Source: Veleropilina oligotropha (lineage: Eukaryota). Taken from it: DNA of 64,000 nt. The stretch lies in contig JBEUKZ010000038.1 of NCBI GenBank assembly GCA_048128005.1, positions 186,001 to 250,000 on the forward strand, given 5' to 3'. The number at the start of each line of letters is the position of its first letter. Position 1 is the stretch's first letter. Position numbers and translations under genes: made by a program. The notes under the pieces are model-generated. The model worked only from the letters and a program-made list of their open reading frames with translations. It did no database searches and was not told the DNA's origin. This document shows positions 60,541-64,000 of this stretch, piece after piece.

Positions 60541-61062
60541 TTGGCATTTTTGCCGGTTGACGATGTAAGAGACGGAATGTTGCGTTTGCGCGAAACAGCC
60601 CCAGCCGGAACAGACGACCTGCTCAACTACTTCGACTCCACGTATGTTAATGGCACATATCGGCAAAGACGGAATCGTGTTGATCAACCAAATCGGATTA
60701 ATGTGCGACGCATACCTCAAAGGTTCCCTCCTCAACTATGGAACGTTCATGAACAAACTCAGAACGAAGATCCGCGGACCAACAACATGTGTGAAGGATG
60801 GAATTCCCGATTTGCACAATTGGTCGGATACACACATCCATCAATTTGGAAACTGATAAAGCATCTTCAAATTGAAGAGTGTTATGCAACTACAATGATT
60901 TCACAGGCGGCGATTGGAAATCTTCCACGGAAGAGAACAAAACGTGCCTTCCTCCAACAACAACATCGCCTACAAGCATTGCGTACCGAATATAGCGAAG
61001 GACGAACGGGACTGTTGGATTTCTTGCGCGGTGTTGGACACAACATACACATTGGCAATTAG
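60541..61062 (+). pseudogene. C-terminal part of MULE transposase
   Basis: LAFLP, LLNYFDSTYV, FPPQLWNV, PRTNNMCEGWNSRF, HPSIWKLI; begins directly at the TIR with no ATG start. Confidence 0.88.
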
Positions 61063-61134
61063 TGTAATACATTGTTACATCATTGTGTATAATGCAATTT
61101 CATATGGATTGCATAAGTTGCTAGTTATTTGATG

Positions 61135-61412
61135 GTTATACATACTACAATAAATATGTTTACTGACACTGGTTTCTTTCATTGTTGCAACATTCACACA
61201 TCATACATCAATATTAAAAAGTATCAACTGAAAATATCCTATCGTGATATTATACTATCTTGTTCTTGAATACGTTATACATACTACAATAAATATGTTT
61301 ACTGATACTGGTTTCTTTCATTGTTGCAACATTCACACATCATACATCAATATTAAAAAGTATCAACTGAAAATATCCTATCGTGATATTATACTATCTT
61401 GTTCTTGAATAC
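61135..61412. repeat. 139-bp tandem duplication inside the MULE
   Basis: GTTATACATACTACAATAAATATG..CTTGTTCTTGAATAC at 61135 and 61274. Confidence 0.95.
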
Positions 61413-61954
61413 TTCCTGCGATTATACACGCTACGTTATAAACACACTGTCACATATGTAATTGTTTTCATTTCGCAACATTTGATTGGCCTAAATGACA
61501 TCACACGGAATATGACAAATAATATTATCTTTCCATTGGGCTTCGTACAGTAATCTGATTGGTTAATGATCGTTCTACAATACTCATGTAGCCTACCCAG
61601 GCGAATAACATTTTACAGTTTGTGTGCTCAATTTTAATTTCGCGTTTGTATATTTCCCATCACCTTTCTTACTTTTTATTCATTTGCAATGGATACATAA
61701 TCTTGTCGTACTTTCAACGGCATGATTAATATTACATAGATACAGATGCGCTGTCACAATTTTATATGTTGGGGCCATTTTGACCTACTTCGCACTGGGG
61801 GCCATTTTGACCGGGGCCATATTGACCGGGGCCATTTTGACCGGGGCCATTTTGACAGGGGCCATTTTGACCGGGGCCATTTTGACCGCGCACCCAAACA
61901 CTCATCCTCCAACTTAATTACCTTGCACCATTCCGGACTTTTATTCAGACTATT

Positions 61955-62440
61955 CCAACTATCATGTGCTTACAAATTATCAAATGGAACGCCAGAGGAG
62001 TGAGGGCTAACAAAGTCGAACTCGAACTACCGGTACTAATTAACAACGCGAAACCCGACATAATATGTTTACAGGAAACGAAACTATCGAAATTCGAATA
62101 ATACGGGTATACCACATTGCGTAAAGATAATCCAGAGGAAACTAATTTGCCATCAGACGGACTAGCTAATTGCGTTAAAGATAACATACAATATCGCGAA
62201 ATCAGCTTAAACTTTACAACACTCAACGGCAATAGCATCCACATTTACTATGAAAATAAAACTCTAAGAATCATTAACCTATATCGGAATCATGACCATA
62301 GCGCATAACAATCTAAAGATGACTTGGATATTTTAACCGCTAACCATAACGATAAAACCATTATAGTGGGAGACCTAAACGTCCACACTCCCATGTGGGG
62401 GAGCGACCGAACCACTCCCATGGCAAAAATGATAAATTTA
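61955..62440 (+). pseudogene. LINE APE endonuclease fragment (I/Nimb-like)
   Basis: QWNARGVRANK..PDIICLQETKL; IIVGDLNVHTPMWGS. Confidence 0.7.
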
Positions 62441-62479
62441 AACGACCCCCATTGCGGTAATTTTTAAATAGTTTAAATA

Positions 62480-63840
62480 TAATTTGTTTGGGTTTAGAAA
62501 GCGCATTACTGCCACACATAAAAACCCAGTGAAGTTGTCTTGTCCTCTATAACCTGCCCTGCTTCTTAAATTGCTCATCTAGGCGATTTTTAAATTGGTA
62601 TACAAATGTCGATTCCACTACATTATTAGGAAGAGCATTCCATTCATCGACAACCCGATTTGAGAAAAAGTGTTTTCTAACGTCTAGTCGGAATCGTTTT
62701 TTGTAAATCTATGCCTTTGGTTCATCTGAAAAAATAAACTATTGTCAATAAACTATTCTAAATGCGGTCTAAACCATTTGCTTGTATAGGCGAGTTATGA
62801 TGGCTTTAGATTTAAAATTTCTCTTTATCATTCCCAATATTTGATTTCCCTTTTTGGCTGACTCTGCACAATGATTTGATGGTTTGAATGTCTTGTCTAC
62901 CCATACACCCAAATCATTTTCTTTGACCACTTCTTGTAAAGCTTCTGAACCCATTTCATAATTATAGTTATTGTTATTATAACCCACATGCATTACTTTA
63001 CATTTACTGGTGTTGACAAGCATTTGCCAGTCCTCAGACCATTTTACCACATTATTTAAATCACTTTGAAGCTTCTTTGCATCTTCTTCTGTTTCGATAA
63101 GTCTGTACATTTTGGTATCGTCTGCAAACGTTTTTACTAAAGATGTAATGACGTCATCAATGTCATTTAAATATATGAGAAACAACAATGGTCCCAGAAC
63201 AGAACCTTGTGGGACTCCACTTAGTACTGGTTCCCATTCCGACTTTATTCCATTTATTACAACCCGCTGTTTTCTATTTTCTAGCCACTTACATATCCAA
63301 TTTAGTATTGGGCCTTTAATGCCATGGTTACTTAATTTTTGTAATAGTCGTTTATGTGGTACTTTATCGAAAGCTTTCTGAAAATCAAGATATATGATAT
63401 CAACTGGTTTGCCCGTGTCCATTGCACTTGTTACATCTTCAAAAAATTCCAGTAACTTTGTTAAACAAGATCTTTTTTTCCATAAACCCATGCTGACTAA
63501 GGTTTAGAAGGTCAAATTTATTTGTGTTTTAAGATGGCATCCTTCAAGATAGATTCCATTATTTTGCCTACTATTGATGTCAGACTAACACGTCGATAAT
63601 TTTGGGTATTTGATCGACTACCCTTTTTAAAGATTGGGGTAATATTTCCAGTCTTCCAGTCATCAGGCAAGCCGCCTTCTTGTAGAGTTTTATTGAATAT
63701 TAGGTCTAATGGCTTTGCTAATTCATCTTTACCGGATTTTAGCAATTTGGGATATATGCTGTCTGGACCTGGAGCTTTACTGACATTTAGTAAGCTTATC
63801 TTTTTTTCAACCATTTCCGTAGTAATTTCAATACTTTCAC
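62480..63840 (-). pseudogene. CR1 LINE RT fragment
   Basis: KAPGPD, NYRRVSLTS, DFQKAFDKVPH, SGVPQGSVLGP, TFADD, DLGV; 3' [14 protein letters not shown]. Confidence 0.9.
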
Positions 63841-63869
63841 AAAAAGTTTCATGATCTTCATAAATAAAA

Positions 63870-64000
63870 ATTAAAAATTCAACATATAATATCCCACACT
63901 TAAATATTCACAGCTTACCCGATAAAATTGACCAACTAAAAGAACTACTTACCAAGGCCAGTGAAAATGGATACCCAATAGATATTATTTTGATTTGTGA
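63870..64000 (+). pseudogene. Start of another LINE APE domain (runs off window)
   Basis: ISHLNIHSLPDKIDQLKELL..IDIILIC. Confidence 0.55.

Larger units (their letters stand above)
60407..61894 (+). mobile_element. Mutator-like element (MULE), internally deleted
   Basis: ~135-bp TIRs made of 15-bp GGTCAAAATGGCCCC repeats; perfect 9-bp TSD CAAACACTC (60398-60406, 61895-61903). Confidence 0.93.

Noticed and set aside
60231..62003. Repetitive ORFs (GHFDR and PVKMA repeats)
   Set aside because: Translations of the 15-bp MULE TIR repeats.

Overview
AT-rich, repeat-dense animal genomic DNA, probably a marine invertebrate (lophotrochozoan-like, inferred from the repeat types). Host genes: (1) the 3' part of a spliced + strand MEGF6/10/11-like gene, with five phase-1 EGF exons and two candidate alternative last exons, one encoding a hydrophobic tail and one an RGD tail; (2) three intact intronless, divergent class A GPCR paralogues that all lack D2.50, P6.50 and N7.49. 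The rest is nested mobile DNA. DNA-type elements: a DD37D-type Tc1/mariner split by a MITE, Harbinger, Kolobok and MULE elements, about 11 Helentron-associated (HINE/DINE-like) elements, several short-IR plus long-hairpin elements and two large foldback structures. Retroelements: the 3' end of a DIRS1-like element, two tRNA-SINE families, a near full-length CR1-type LINE with a decayed 2A-like motif and a duplicated inter-ORF spacer, an RTE-X LINE and several LINE fragments. All alignments were done by eye. Boundaries of decayed elements are approximate, and no database searches were run.
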